This document shows, in pieces, positions 18,339-28,071 of a DNA stretch of 64,000 bases. The stretch lies in NCBI GenBank assembly GCA_905234755.1, contig CAJOIT010000003.1:479331-543330 (forward strand), given 5' to 3'. The notes under the pieces are model-generated. The model had not been told where the DNA came from and searched no databases. It saw nothing but the letters and a program-made list of their open reading frames with translations. Position 1 is the stretch's first letter. Every line of letters begins with the position of its first letter. The DNA comes from an uncultured Bacteroidales bacterium. Lineage in GTDB: Bacteria; Bacteroidota; Bacteroidia; Bacteroidales; ML635J-15. The position numbers and the translations under genes were made by a program.

Positions 18339-21300
18339 ATGAAGAGAACATTTGCATTGATATTGTTTCTGATAAGTACAGCGATGACTTTTGCCCAGCA
18401 TGCTGGCGACAGCATCGACTGTAGCGACCGCATTGGCTATTCATGGATGAAGGGCTTTGGTAATACGGCTTCCGAATCCATATCCGATGTGGCTGTTGAT
18501 GCTTCAGGAAATATATATCTTACAGGTTCTTTTACCGGCTCGATTTCAATTGATGGTCAGTCGGTTACATCGGCTGGCAATACAGACTTCTATGTTGCAA
18601 AGCTGTCGCCCGAAGGTTCGGTGTTATGGTTCAAGAGTGGCGGTAGCAGTGCTGTAGAGGAGGCAAATGCAATAGCTGTTGATGCCAACGGAAATGTTTT
18701 CGTGGCAGGTATGTCGAACGAAAGCACATCTTTTGACGGCAATTCTTATCCGTCGTTGGGAGGGAAGGATGGTTTCTTGTTGAAACTTGACACTGATGGT
18801 AACTTTGTGTTTGTCAGGACTATAGGTTGCTTCAACGATGACAATGCCTACGATGTCGTTGTAGATGGTAGCAACAATGTGATAGTAACGGGACATTTCA
18901 ATTACGCATTGCAGGTAAGCTCTACCTCCTTGTTCCAGACAGCCAAGGGTGCTAACGATGCTTTTCTTGTAAAGTTCGACAATGCCGGAGCATTCTTGTG
19001 GACAATTCCTTATGCATCGTCTGCGCACGATTATGGCAGGCGTGTGGCTTGCGACAATGCCGGCAATATTTATTTGGCTGGCGAGTTCAAGGGAACAATC
19101 AACATTGCAGGCAGCACCTTGCAGTCGCCAAACGACATGAATGTATATATTGCCAAGTTTAACCCGTCTGGTGAGGTGCAATGGGCTGCGCAGCGTGGTG
19201 CATCGGGCGACGATGCAGTGAAGGCTTTGGCTGTGACTTCGACTGGAGATGTGTACCTTGCATATAAGCAGTCGAATACAAATCCATACATCGCAAAATA
19301 TTCTGCATCAGGAACATCACAGGGAACAATCGCGTATTCTGGAAGCGGAACCCTTGATGTGGCCGACATACTTTGCGATACAAATGGCAACATCTACATA
19401 ACTGGTAATTATTCCGGAACTATTGAGTTCGGTTCTACAGCATCGACATCAAGCGGTAGCGGATGCGACTTCTATATTATCAGATATGATTCTGACGGAG
19501 TTATCAATATGCGCATATTTGGTAACCAGAATAATGCAAACTACATAAAGTCCATTGCCATAGATTATGCCAACAATGTTGTCGCAGGTGGCGGATTTGC
19601 ATCAAGCATCACTATGAATTCCGATACGGAAACTTCTAACGGACAAGATGATGCGTTGCTCATAAAGTTTGAGCGTTATATGAGTTTTGGATATTCTGAA
19701 ATATCAAGTACGGGATGTAATGCCAGCAATATGAGCGCAAGCATCAATGTAGAAGGAGGCATTGCTCCGTATCTGTACTATTGGTCGAATGGTTCCACAA
19801 GCCAGTCGCTGTCGGGAGTGTCGGCAGGCACATATACGCTTACGGTTGTCGATGGCGACCATTGCTACATAACCACTTCGTTGACATTGACTGCGCCACA
19901 GCCTCCAGTTGTCGAGTTGCCTTCGATTCCTACTCTATGTCCGATGGATACGGTTTCGGTGGCAGTCAACAGCGATATGTCCGCTTATGCGTGGAATACC
20001 GGCGAGCATACGCGCGAAATATCAATTCATAGTGCCGGCACATATTCGGTGACCATTACAAATTCAAATTCATGTACGGCATCTGCCTCGTTTTCAGTTT
20101 CGCAGTATCCTAATATTGATGTGTTGCCCGAAACCGACTATTATTTCTGCCCTAACGAGTCCCTTACGATAGAAGCAAGCGGCTTCCTGTCGTATTATTG
20201 GTCGAATGGAATGTCGTCATCTACATTTACTACACCGCTCGAATATACATTCTGGGTGAGGGCATTCAACGGCATCTGCTATTATTATGATACAATTACA
20301 ACTCACAAATATCCACAGCCTACGATAGAACTTGGTGCCGACACATATTTCTGTGCTGGCGATAGCGTTAGGGTTACGGCTCCCGATGGTTTTGTTTCGT
20401 ATTCGTGGAGTAATGGGGCAGAGGGGCGTTCCGTTTGGGTATCAATAGATGGCGTGCTTACTGTCGAGGCTTCGGATGCAAACTCGTGCAAGGCCGTAGA
20501 TTCCATAAATGTCGGAAAGGTTGAATCTCCTGAGGTTGACTTGGGCAAGGATACAACCTATTGTACCGACGGGAAAGTTATACTTTCATCATCAGGACAG
20601 TATCAGAATTGCAGTTTCGAGTGGAATACGCACGAGCAAACGGCAGCGATAGGGGTGACATCGTCTGGAACATATTGGTTGCGTGTTACAAACCAGTACG
20701 GCTGTTCAAGCGTTGATACGGTTACGATAAGAGTTATAAATGTACCGACTTTCGGACTGCCTGATGACATGGATTTCTGCGAGGATTATGTTAGGCTTTC
20801 GTCTCACAACCATTATTTGTCGTACCAGTGGAATACTGGCGAAACTTCAGCATACATTGATATTTATTCGTCGGGAGTGTATTCGGTTACTGTGACCGAT
20901 GCCAGCGGTTGTACGGTTAGTGATGAGGTGAATGCTACCAAGCATGATATAATTGACCCGTTCATTGGTAACGATACCGTATTCTGCGGACTTCAGTCGC
21001 GCCGCTTGTATCTGAATACAACATACGCAAGCTACGAATGGAACAACGGTACATCAAATCCATACATCGACATTGCTGTTCCCGGTTATTATGCGGTAAG
21101 TGTAACCAATACAAGTGGTTGTACGGCAAGCACTTCCTTGCGTGCCGATTTTTCCGACAACTATCCTGAAATTATCAATATTACATCGGGCAAAGGTCTT
21201 GTAATTGTCGAGGTACAGGGTGGCACACCGCCATATTATTATTCGGCTGATGGTGTCACATGGCAGTCGTCAAATATCTTCGACAACCTGCCATCGTCGT

Positions 21301-21629
21301 TTTACGACATCAGGGTTCAGGACAATAACCATTGCATAGATGTTGAACAGACCTACTTGGATGCATCCGTAGGCATACCGTCGTTCTTTACGCCAAACGG
21401 TGATGGTTTCAACGATACATGGGTGCTTACAGGCTTGTATATGTATCCCGAATCCAAGGTTTCTGTATATGACCGCTACGGCAAGGAACTTTTCAGCTCT
21501 AAGGGTGCAATTTGCGAGTGGGACGGAATGTATGGTGGTCGTCCGTTGCCAAGTGATTCGTATTGGTATGTTGTATACCTTGGTGAAGGTTATCCCGTCA
21601 TGAAGGGTTGCGTCACGATAAAAAGATAA
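18339..21629 (+). CDS. large surface protein: SBBP-like beta-propeller repeats + Ig-like repeats + T9SS type B C-terminal sorting domain
   Basis: About 1096 aa. The N-terminal half has repeated (A)VDxxGNIY(V/L)(T/A)G units. The middle has about 7 Cys-containing Ig-like repeats (YxWNTGE/SNG). The C-terminus is FFTPNGDGFNDTW...YDRYGKELF...WDG...YWY. Confidence 0.9.
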   Translation: MKRTFALILFLISTAMTFAQHAGDSIDCSDRIGYSWMKGFGNTASESISDVAVDASGNIYLTGSFTGSISIDGQSVTSAGNTDFYVAKLSPEGSVLWFKSGGSSAVEEANAIAVDANGNVFVAGMSNESTSFDGNSYPSLGGKDGFLLKLDTDGNFVFVRTIGCFNDDNAYDVVVDGSNNVIVTGHFNYALQVSSTSLFQTAKGANDAFLVKFDNAGAFLWTIPYASSAHDYGRRVACDNAGNIYLAGEFKGTINIAGSTLQSPNDMNVYIAKFNPSGEVQWAAQRGASGDDAVKALAVTSTGDVYLAYKQSNTNPYIAKYSASGTSQGTIAYSGSGTLDVADILCDTNGNIYITGNYSGTIEFGSTASTSSGSGCDFYIIRYDSDGVINMRIFGNQNNANYIKSIAIDYANNVVAGGGFASSITMNSDTETSNGQDDALLIKFERYMSFGYSEISSTGCNASNMSASINVEGGIAPYLYYWSNGSTSQSLSGVSAGTYTLTVVDGDHCYITTSLTLTAPQPPVVELPSIPTLCPMDTVSVAVNSDMSAYAWNTGEHTREISIHSAGTYSVTITNSNSCTASASFSVSQYPNIDVLPETDYYFCPNESLTIEASGFLSYYWSNGMSSSTFTTPLEYTFWVRAFNGICYYYDTITTHKYPQPTIELGADTYFCAGDSVRVTAPDGFVSYSWSNGAEGRSVWVSIDGVLTVEASDANSCKAVDSINVGKVESPEVDLGKDTTYCTDGKVILSSSGQYQNCSFEWNTHEQTAAIGVTSSGTYWLRVTNQYGCSSVDTVTIRVINVPTFGLPDDMDFCEDYVRLSSHNHYLSYQWNTGETSAYIDIYSSGVYSVTVTDASGCTVSDEVNATKHDIIDPFIGNDTVFCGLQSRRLYLNTTYASYEWNNGTSNPYIDIAVPGYYAVSVTNTSGCTASTSLRADFSDNYPEIINITSGKGLVIVEVQGGTPPYYYSADGVTWQSSNIFDNLPSSFYDIRVQDNNHCIDVEQTYLDASVGIPSFFTPNGDGFNDTWVLTGLYMYPESKVSVYDRYGKELFSSKGAICEWDGMYGGRPLPSDSYWYVVYLGEGYPVMKGCVTIKR

Positions 21630-21639
21630 AGAAAATATA

Positions 21640-21684
21640 ATATATGCGTAGGGGCAGGTTTCAAACTTGCCCCTACGCATATAT
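21640..21684 (+). terminator. long perfect hairpin after the type-B CTD gene
   Basis: 17-bp stem 21640-56 / 21668-84. No T-run on the plus strand; an A8 run follows. Confidence 0.5.
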
Positions 21685-21733
21685 GTCTTCAAAAAAAATC
21701 TCATTCCCATTTTGTATTATTATACCAATATGT

Positions 21734-21741
21734 TATATTTG
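21734..21741 (+). promoter_or_regulatory. TAnnTTTG box (TATATTTG)
   Basis: 46 nt upstream of the LRR gene ATG at 21787. Confidence 0.45.
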
Positions 21742-21786
21742 CAAAACATTTGTGTTTGGGGATTTGGATTTAATAAACAATAAAGA

Positions 21787-24700
21787 ATGAGGAAATTATA
21801 TAAATTAACTCTATTGCTCATTGTTATCCTGCTGGGCAACAAGGCAATGGCTTACGACTTTTCCGCTGTATGCAGTACCGGGCAGACATTGTATTACACA
21901 ATTACATCAGATATAGAGCCTTATACGGTTAGTGTGGCAACAGAAAATGAAGAGTACCCATTCTACAATACAACTCCTACTGGTGACCTTGAAATCCCGG
22001 AATCGGTTGAGTTTAATAGTATAACATATTCTGTTACAGGTCTTATCGATTATGCGCTGCAACATTGCAACGGACTGACATCCGTTACAATTCCCAATTC
22101 AGTAACGAGCATTGGTGCCTATGCTTTTTATGGTTGTAGTGGTCTGTCTGAGATAACAATTCCTAGTTCTGTAACAGAAATTGGCGATGAAGCATTTGTC
22201 AGTTGTAGCGGATTGACTACTGTCAATTTCAATGCGGAAACCAGCACAGGATCGAGCATTTTTACTGGTTGCTCGTTTACAACCTTGAATATCGGCGAAA
22301 ACGTGAAGGTTATTCCCGCTCAAGCATTTATGTATTGTGGCGGACTGACAGAGGTGATAATATCGGATTCTGTCACTACTATTGGCGATCGTGCATTTAA
22401 TGAATGTTCATCACTGGCTACTCTTACGATTGGCAAGTCGGTTGCAAGTATAGGCAATAGCGTATTTATAAACAACTCAGGATTGACCACAGTCTATTAC
22501 AATGCCACAAACTGCGCAACTGTCGCAACATATAACTGGGGCGGCTGTTCATCGTTAACAACCCTGAACATTGGCGAAAGTGTTAAGAATATTCCTGATT
22601 ATTTATTTAGAGATTGTAGTGGACTTACAGGCACTTTGGTTATACCAGATTCGGTGACGAATATCGGAGCATCTGCGTTTTACAATTGCAGTGGATATGA
22701 AACTCTAACATTAGGCAAAAGTGTGGAAACAATCGGTAATAATGCATTCTACGGCTGCAATTTCTCCACGCTCAACTACAATGCCGCCAACTGCAGCAGC
22801 ACTTCTTTTTCTGGCAACAGTAATATCACCACTATTACCATTGGCGAGGATGTGGAAACGATTTCCAATGGCGCATTTTCCGCTTGCACAGGACTGACTA
22901 CTGTCAATTTCAATGCAACAAACTGCACAACTATGGGAAGTTCCAGTAATCCTGTATTTTATAATTGTACATCATTGGCGACTATAAATATCAGCGAAGG
23001 GGTAACGAATATTCCAAGTTATGCATTTTATCAATGCAGCGCACTGACAAGAGTTAATTATTCAGGCACTATTACTCAGTGGTGCGGAATAACATTTGGT
23101 GCTCCAGGTCCACTATATGATGCCCATAACCTATATATTAACAATAGTCTAGTTACTGACTTGGTTATCCCTGATATTGTAACAGAAATAAATGATTATG
23201 CATTTCGGGGTGCGACTTGCCTGACATCGGTTACGATTCCAGAATCTATTACCAACATAGGTACTGCCGCCTTTTCTTCATGTAGCGAACTGACTACGGT
23301 AAATTTCAATGCAATTAATTGTACTACGATGGGAAGTGCTGGTGTTTCTGTATTTTCATCATGTACATCGCTGTCAACATTGAATATTGGCGATAATGTT
23401 AAAAATATTCCAGCCAATGCATTCAAGAATTGTAGCGGATTGGAAACAATAACAATAGGGAATTCAATAGAAAGCATTGGCGATTATGCATTTTATAATT
23501 GCAGCGGACTAACAGGAATAACAATTCCCGATTCTGTAACTAACATTGGCTCATACGCATTTTCTGGATGTACAGGAATAAGTGAAATAACAATTCCCAA
23601 TTCTGTAACAAGCATTGGCGATAAGACTTTTGATGGGTGTACGGGACTGAATACGGTAAACTTCAATGCCGAAAACTGCACTACTGCGGGAACTACAAAC
23701 TATTCGGCATTTTCTAATGGTACATTTACAACCTTGAATATCGGCAATAATGTTAAAAATATTCCCAATTATGCATTTTATAATTGTAGTGGACTGACAG
23801 AAATAACAATTCCCGATTCGGTAACTAACATTGGCACATACGCGTTTTCTGGTTGTTCGGGACTAACTACGGTTAATTTTAATGCGACAAACTGTACAAT
23901 CATGGGAAGTGCGAGTGATCCTGTTTTTGACAATTGCTCTTTGTTTGCTACTTTGAATATTTACGATAATGTTAAGAATATTCCAAGTTATGCATTCAAG
24001 GGGTGCACAGGTTTGACCGAAATAACAATTCCTGATTCTGTAACAAGCATTGGTGACAGGGCTTTTTATGGTTGTACTGGACTATCTATGGTTAATTTCA
24101 ATGCCCAAAACTGCACGACTATGGGTGGCTCTTATCCTGTATTCGAGGATTGCACAAACATGGCGACCTTAAATATTGGCGAAAGAGTAAAGAATATTCC
24201 TGACCATGCGTTCCGTACTTGGACAGGACTGACTGAAATAACAATTCCCGATTCGGTAACAAGCATTGGCGACAGGGCATTTTCTGGTTGTACTGGACTA
24301 TCTACCGTTAATTTCAACGCCCAAAACTGCACCACTATGGGAAGTTCAAGTAATCCTGTATTTTACAATTGCACATCATTTGCGACCTTGAATATCGGTG
24401 AAAGAGTAAAAAGTATTCCTGACAATGCTTTTTATGGTTGCACAGGACTAAACGAAATAACAATTCCTGATTCGGTAACAAGTATTGGCGAAAGAGCATT
24501 TTATGGTTGTACAGGATTGACTACGGTTAATTTCAATGCCGAAAATTGCACAAGTATGGGAACAATGGACGATGCTGCATTTAATCATGGTACATTTACA
24601 ACCTTGAATATCGGCAATAATGTTATGAATATTCCCGATTATGCATTTAGCTATTGCGAAGGACTGACTGAAACTTTAACTATCCCAAGCTCTGTTACAA

Positions 24701-26724
24701 GCATTGGCGCGAGAGCATTTTATCATTGTATAGGTCTGTCCTCATTATCAATCCCAGAATCAGTTACTAGCATTAGCGATGGAGCGTTTGCGTATTGTGA
24801 AGGGCTTATAGGAGAACTTGTTATTCCCAATTCTGTTATAACTATAGGAAGTGAAAATGACATGTATGGTGCATTTTGGCACTGCAGCAATCTCACATCG
24901 GTAACAATAGGCAGTACGGTAGAAACTATTGGCAAATATGCATTTCAGGCTTGTATCAGTTTGATTTCGATAGCTGTTCCAGATTCGGTAACAAGCATTA
25001 GAGACTGGGCTTTTCATGGTTGTACAGAATTAACTACGGTTACAATAGGTAGTTCCGTAGAAAATATTGGCTCTTCGGCATTTAGTCAGTGTGAAAACAT
25101 CACAGAAATATATATAACAGCTAATACACCACCAGTTCTTGAAGGTACTTCTGTTTTTATGCCGATAGTACGCAGTTCCGCTTCTCTTTATGTTCCTTGC
25201 AATGCATCAGATGCATATAGTTCGGCTGACGGATGGAGTGATATCACTAACATACAGGAACGCTTCCTATATGAATTGAATGTATCGAGCGAAAATGAGC
25301 AGCAGGGGACGGCAAGCATAACACAACAGCCGACTTGCTCCAACAGCGGAATAATAACCGCGACACCTGTCAATGGCTATCGCTTCCTATCGTGGAACGA
25401 TGGCAACGAGGACAATCCAAGGACGGTTATTGTCACAAGCGACAGCACTTTTATGGCAGGTTTCAGGGCAATCCATACCATTACGGCAACTGCAGGTGAA
25501 AATGGTTTAATCGCTCCGAGTGGTGAAATAACACTGGACGAAGGAGAAAACCAGTCGTTCACCATCACGCCAGCCGAAGACTACCGCATTGCAAGCGTAT
25601 TGGTTGACGATGTGGATGCAACCGACCAACTTGTTGAAGGTGTTTACACTTTTGAAAATGTTACAGCAAATCATACAATCGAAGCAACATTCGAGGAAAT
25701 ACCAAGTTTTACAATTACCGTTTCTGCAAATAACGATGAGTATGGTTCTGTTTCAGGTAGCGGAACATACGAGGAAGGTGCAGAAGTCATCATAACCGCA
25801 ACTCCAAACGAAGGCTACCAATTTGTTTCGTGGAGCGATGACAACACCGACAATCCGCGCACGATTACTGTTACAAGCGACAGCACATTTGTCGCAATCT
25901 TCGAACATTTGCTTGAGAGCTACATAATTACAGTTTCGGCAAACAACGATGAGTATGGTTCTGTTGCTGGTGGTGGCACATACGATGAAGGTGCGGAAGT
26001 CGTTATAACTGCAATTCCAAATGAAGGTTACCGCTTTGTTTCGTGGGATGACGAAAATACCGATAACCCGCGTACGATTACGGTTACAAGCGACAGCACA
26101 TTTGTTGCAATCTTCGAAGTGGAACCGCTTCAGCAATATACAATTACAGTCTTGTCAAATGATGAAGAATATGGTATGGTTTCTGGCGGAGGAACTTACG
26201 ATGAAGGTTCAACAGTAATAATTACTGCAATTCCTAACATTGGCTACTGCTTCTTGACATGGAGCGACGGAAATACGGATAATCCGCGCGAGATTGTAGT
26301 TACAGCCGACCGCACATATACGGCCTACTTCACAGCATCTACGCATGTTGAAATAGATACGACAGTAACGAAATACCTTAGCATATATGAGCGTACATTT
26401 TATGTCGCAGGACAATATTCGTTTGTAGTTCCTTCTGCAGAGGGTTGCGATACGATTGTCGACCTCAACCTTCGCATCCTCGACGAGCCTGAAACATACG
26501 ACATTAGCCCTAATCCTGCGAAGAGCCTAATCAGCATTTCGTCAGAGGATTACATATCGTTTGTTGAATTTTATTCCACAGCAGGGCGACTTGTAATGCG
26601 TAATGAAATCAATGCGTATAGTGCAGAGATAAATGTAGAAGCACTTATGCCTGGTGTTTATTTTGTAAGATTATATGGCGAGGACGAAGGTCTGCCATCA
26701 GTTCAAAGATTTGTAAAGGAGTAA
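21787..26724 (+). CDS. BspA-type leucine-rich repeat surface protein with InlB-B-like repeats and T9SS type A C-terminal domain
   Basis: 1645 aa. About 40 LRR units (IPxSVTSIGxxAFxxCxGLT), four GY(R/Q/C)F(L/V)SW...NPRT repeats, and a terminal 75 aa with the Por-secretion-tail pattern (ISPNPA...GVYFVRL). Confidence 0.9.
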   Translation: MRKLYKLTLLLIVILLGNKAMAYDFSAVCSTGQTLYYTITSDIEPYTVSVATENEEYPFYNTTPTGDLEIPESVEFNSITYSVTGLIDYALQHCNGLTSVTIPNSVTSIGAYAFYGCSGLSEITIPSSVTEIGDEAFVSCSGLTTVNFNAETSTGSSIFTGCSFTTLNIGENVKVIPAQAFMYCGGLTEVIISDSVTTIGDRAFNECSSLATLTIGKSVASIGNSVFINNSGLTTVYYNATNCATVATYNWGGCSSLTTLNIGESVKNIPDYLFRDCSGLTGTLVIPDSVTNIGASAFYNCSGYETLTLGKSVETIGNNAFYGCNFSTLNYNAANCSSTSFSGNSNITTITIGEDVETISNGAFSACTGLTTVNFNATNCTTMGSSSNPVFYNCTSLATINISEGVTNIPSYAFYQCSALTRVNYSGTITQWCGITFGAPGPLYDAHNLYINNSLVTDLVIPDIVTEINDYAFRGATCLTSVTIPESITNIGTAAFSSCSELTTVNFNAINCTTMGSAGVSVFSSCTSLSTLNIGDNVKNIPANAFKNCSGLETITIGNSIESIGDYAFYNCSGLTGITIPDSVTNIGSYAFSGCTGISEITIPNSVTSIGDKTFDGCTGLNTVNFNAENCTTAGTTNYSAFSNGTFTTLNIGNNVKNIPNYAFYNCSGLTEITIPDSVTNIGTYAFSGCSGLTTVNFNATNCTIMGSASDPVFDNCSLFATLNIYDNVKNIPSYAFKGCTGLTEITIPDSVTSIGDRAFYGCTGLSMVNFNAQNCTTMGGSYPVFEDCTNMATLNIGERVKNIPDHAFRTWTGLTEITIPDSVTSIGDRAFSGCTGLSTVNFNAQNCTTMGSSSNPVFYNCTSFATLNIGERVKSIPDNAFYGCTGLNEITIPDSVTSIGERAFYGCTGLTTVNFNAENCTSMGTMDDAAFNHGTFTTLNIGNNVMNIPDYAFSYCEGLTETLTIPSSVTSIGARAFYHCIGLSSLSIPESVTSISDGAFAYCEGLIGELVIPNSVITIGSENDMYGAFWHCSNLTSVTIGSTVETIGKYAFQACISLISIAVPDSVTSIRDWAFHGCTELTTVTIGSSVENIGSSAFSQCENITEIYITANTPPVLEGTSVFMPIVRSSASLYVPCNASDAYSSADGWSDITNIQERFLYELNVSSENEQQGTASITQQPTCSNSGIITATPVNGYRFLSWNDGNEDNPRTVIVTSDSTFMAGFRAIHTITATAGENGLIAPSGEITLDEGENQSFTITPAEDYRIASVLVDDVDATDQLVEGVYTFENVTANHTIEATFEEIPSFTITVSANNDEYGSVSGSGTYEEGAEVIITATPNEGYQFVSWSDDNTDNPRTITVTSDSTFVAIFEHLLESYIITVSANNDEYGSVAGGGTYDEGAEVVITAIPNEGYRFVSWDDENTDNPRTITVTSDSTFVAIFEVEPLQQYTITVLSNDEEYGMVSGGGTYDEGSTVIITAIPNIGYCFLTWSDGNTDNPREIVVTADRTYTAYFTASTHVEIDTTVTKYLSIYERTFYVAGQYSFVVPSAEGCDTIVDLNLRILDEPETYDISPNPAKSLISISSEDYISFVEFYSTAGRLVMRNEINAYSAEINVEALMPGVYFVRLYGEDEGLPSVQRFVKE
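21990..25140 (+). repeat. intragenic LRR repeat array with long near-identical DNA copies
   Basis: For example, a 26-nt exact match at 23800-23825 and 24235-24260, and ~75-nt near-identical stretches starting near 22903 and 24304. Confidence 0.85.
25270..26335 (+). repeat. intragenic array of ~75-aa InlB-B-like repeats
   Basis: Four copies of ...NDEYGSV.G.GTY.EG..V.ITA.PN.GY.F.SW.D.NTDNPR.I.VT.D.T...F. One unrelated Ig-like unit lies after the first copy. Confidence 0.8.
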
Positions 26725-26729
26725 ATTAT

Positions 26730-27683
26730 ATGAGAACGAAGAATTTCAGTGGAATTTTATTTGTAGGAATAGTCCTCTTGTTTTTGGCGGCATCGTGCCA
26801 TAAGGAAGCTATAGAGTTAAGCCCTCTCGCCAAGTTGGACTTGGTTGTTGTGCGTGGCGACAAGACAATGAACAAGAGTCTCCTGACCGAGTTCGAGGCT
26901 CGAGTTCTTGTTGAATACGAGTATGATACGATTGAGAGAAAATGTGTATTTGTATATAGTGCCGACGACGACATGTATATGTACGATGTTACTCGTAGCG
27001 ATGTCGTTGAGGTTCGCAGGGAAAACCCGTTTAGTGTTATGGTAGAAGCTGTTATCGACGACGATGTGCTTCGTGGTGAGTCCGAGACCTTGACCATTGG
27101 CGATGACCCATTGACGATTAGCATAGTCCTGCATTCTGAAAACGGAGGTCATACCTTTATCGATTTAGGATTGCCGAGCGGTACGCTTTGGGCTGAGTGC
27201 AATTTGGGAGCAAGGAAGCCAGAGGAATACGGAACTTACTACGCATGGGGCGAAATAGCAACAAAGGATTTGTTCAGCTGGAATACATATAGCATTGGCA
27301 ATGAGTTGGATAGCGTGACGCGTCTTGATGCGTCGCATGATGCGGCAACAGCCAATTGGGGCGACAACTGGCGTATGCCGTCGCGTGAGGACTTCGATGA
27401 GTTGTACTCCTCGTGTACACGGACATGGACAACACGCAACAATGTCAACGGCTATCAGCTTACAGGACTAAACGGCAACAGCATTTTCCTGCCAGCAGCT
27501 GGTGGTCGTGGCGATGGCAACATTTACGAAGGCGGTTCTTGTGGATTCTATTGGCTAAGTTCCGTTTATACTGACGATACACAGTTTGCTTGGGGATTCC
27601 TCATTGATGCCGATTCCTTCTACGAGACAAGCTATTACCGCATGTATGGTCAGACGATTAGACCGGTATGTAATGCGCAATAA
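26730..27683 (+). CDS. lipoprotein with C-terminal FISUMP/DUF1566-like (lectin-fold) domain
   Basis: Lipobox LAASC. C-terminal LGLPSGTLWAECNLGA...YYAWGE...WRMPS...IFLPAAG...YWLSS...IRPV. Paralogous to 30355..31485. Confidence 0.75.
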   Translation: MRTKNFSGILFVGIVLLFLAASCHKEAIELSPLAKLDLVVVRGDKTMNKSLLTEFEARVLVEYEYDTIERKCVFVYSADDDMYMYDVTRSDVVEVRRENPFSVMVEAVIDDDVLRGESETLTIGDDPLTISIVLHSENGGHTFIDLGLPSGTLWAECNLGARKPEEYGTYYAWGEIATKDLFSWNTYSIGNELDSVTRLDASHDAATANWGDNWRMPSREDFDELYSSCTRTWTTRNNVNGYQLTGLNGNSIFLPAAGGRGDGNIYEGGSCGFYWLSSVYTDDTQFAWGFLIDADSFYETSYYRMYGQTIRPVCNAQ

Positions 27684-28030
27684 ATAATGAACAATGGATA
27701 ATTGACAATGAACAATGTATAATGGATAAATGGGCTAAAAGGCGAACAGGCAGAAATGCTAAAAGCCAACCATTAGCTCGCGCAAGCAATTTCAATTCGT
27801 TCCAAACATCCATCAAACAATTTGCTAATGGAACAATTTGTGGTGTCGTTGCACGCAACGACCCTACAAATTAATCTTCAAATTATCAAATCATCGAATC
27901 ATCAAACAATCAGAAACTTAGAAACGGGCGAAGCCTATAGAAACTGCGAAGCGTAGAAACGGCGTAGCAATATAAACCAGAAACATTTCCAAACAATAAA
28001 TTCCTAAATCGTACATCGTAAATCCAAAAT
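27684..28030 (+). repeat. longest exemplar of a dispersed, modular, G-poor intergenic word-repeat element
   Basis: Contains all of modules a-d described in the findings, plus an internal near-tandem duplication of AATGAACAATG(G/T)ATAAT. Confidence 0.7.
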
Positions 28031-28037
28031 TTTATTG

Positions 28038-28045
28038 TACATTTG
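28038..28045 (+). promoter_or_regulatory. TAnnTTTG box (TACATTTG)
   Basis: 27 nt upstream of the SOD gene start. Confidence 0.45.
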
Positions 28046-28071
28046 TCGTATAAACAATAATTATCATACTT

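Noticed and set aside
21990-25140. CRISPR-like periodic repeats
   Set aside because: The periodicity is the ~69-nt LRR coding unit inside one long ORF. The 64-bp intergenic repeats at 34561 and 34779 occur only twice. No cas genes are present.
27530-27683. Diversity-generating retroelement variable region in the lectin-fold lipoproteins
   Set aside because: There is no reverse transcriptase and no template repeat in the window. The two paralogous C-termini (27530-27683 and 31320-31485) are too divergent and do not show adenine-specific mismatches.
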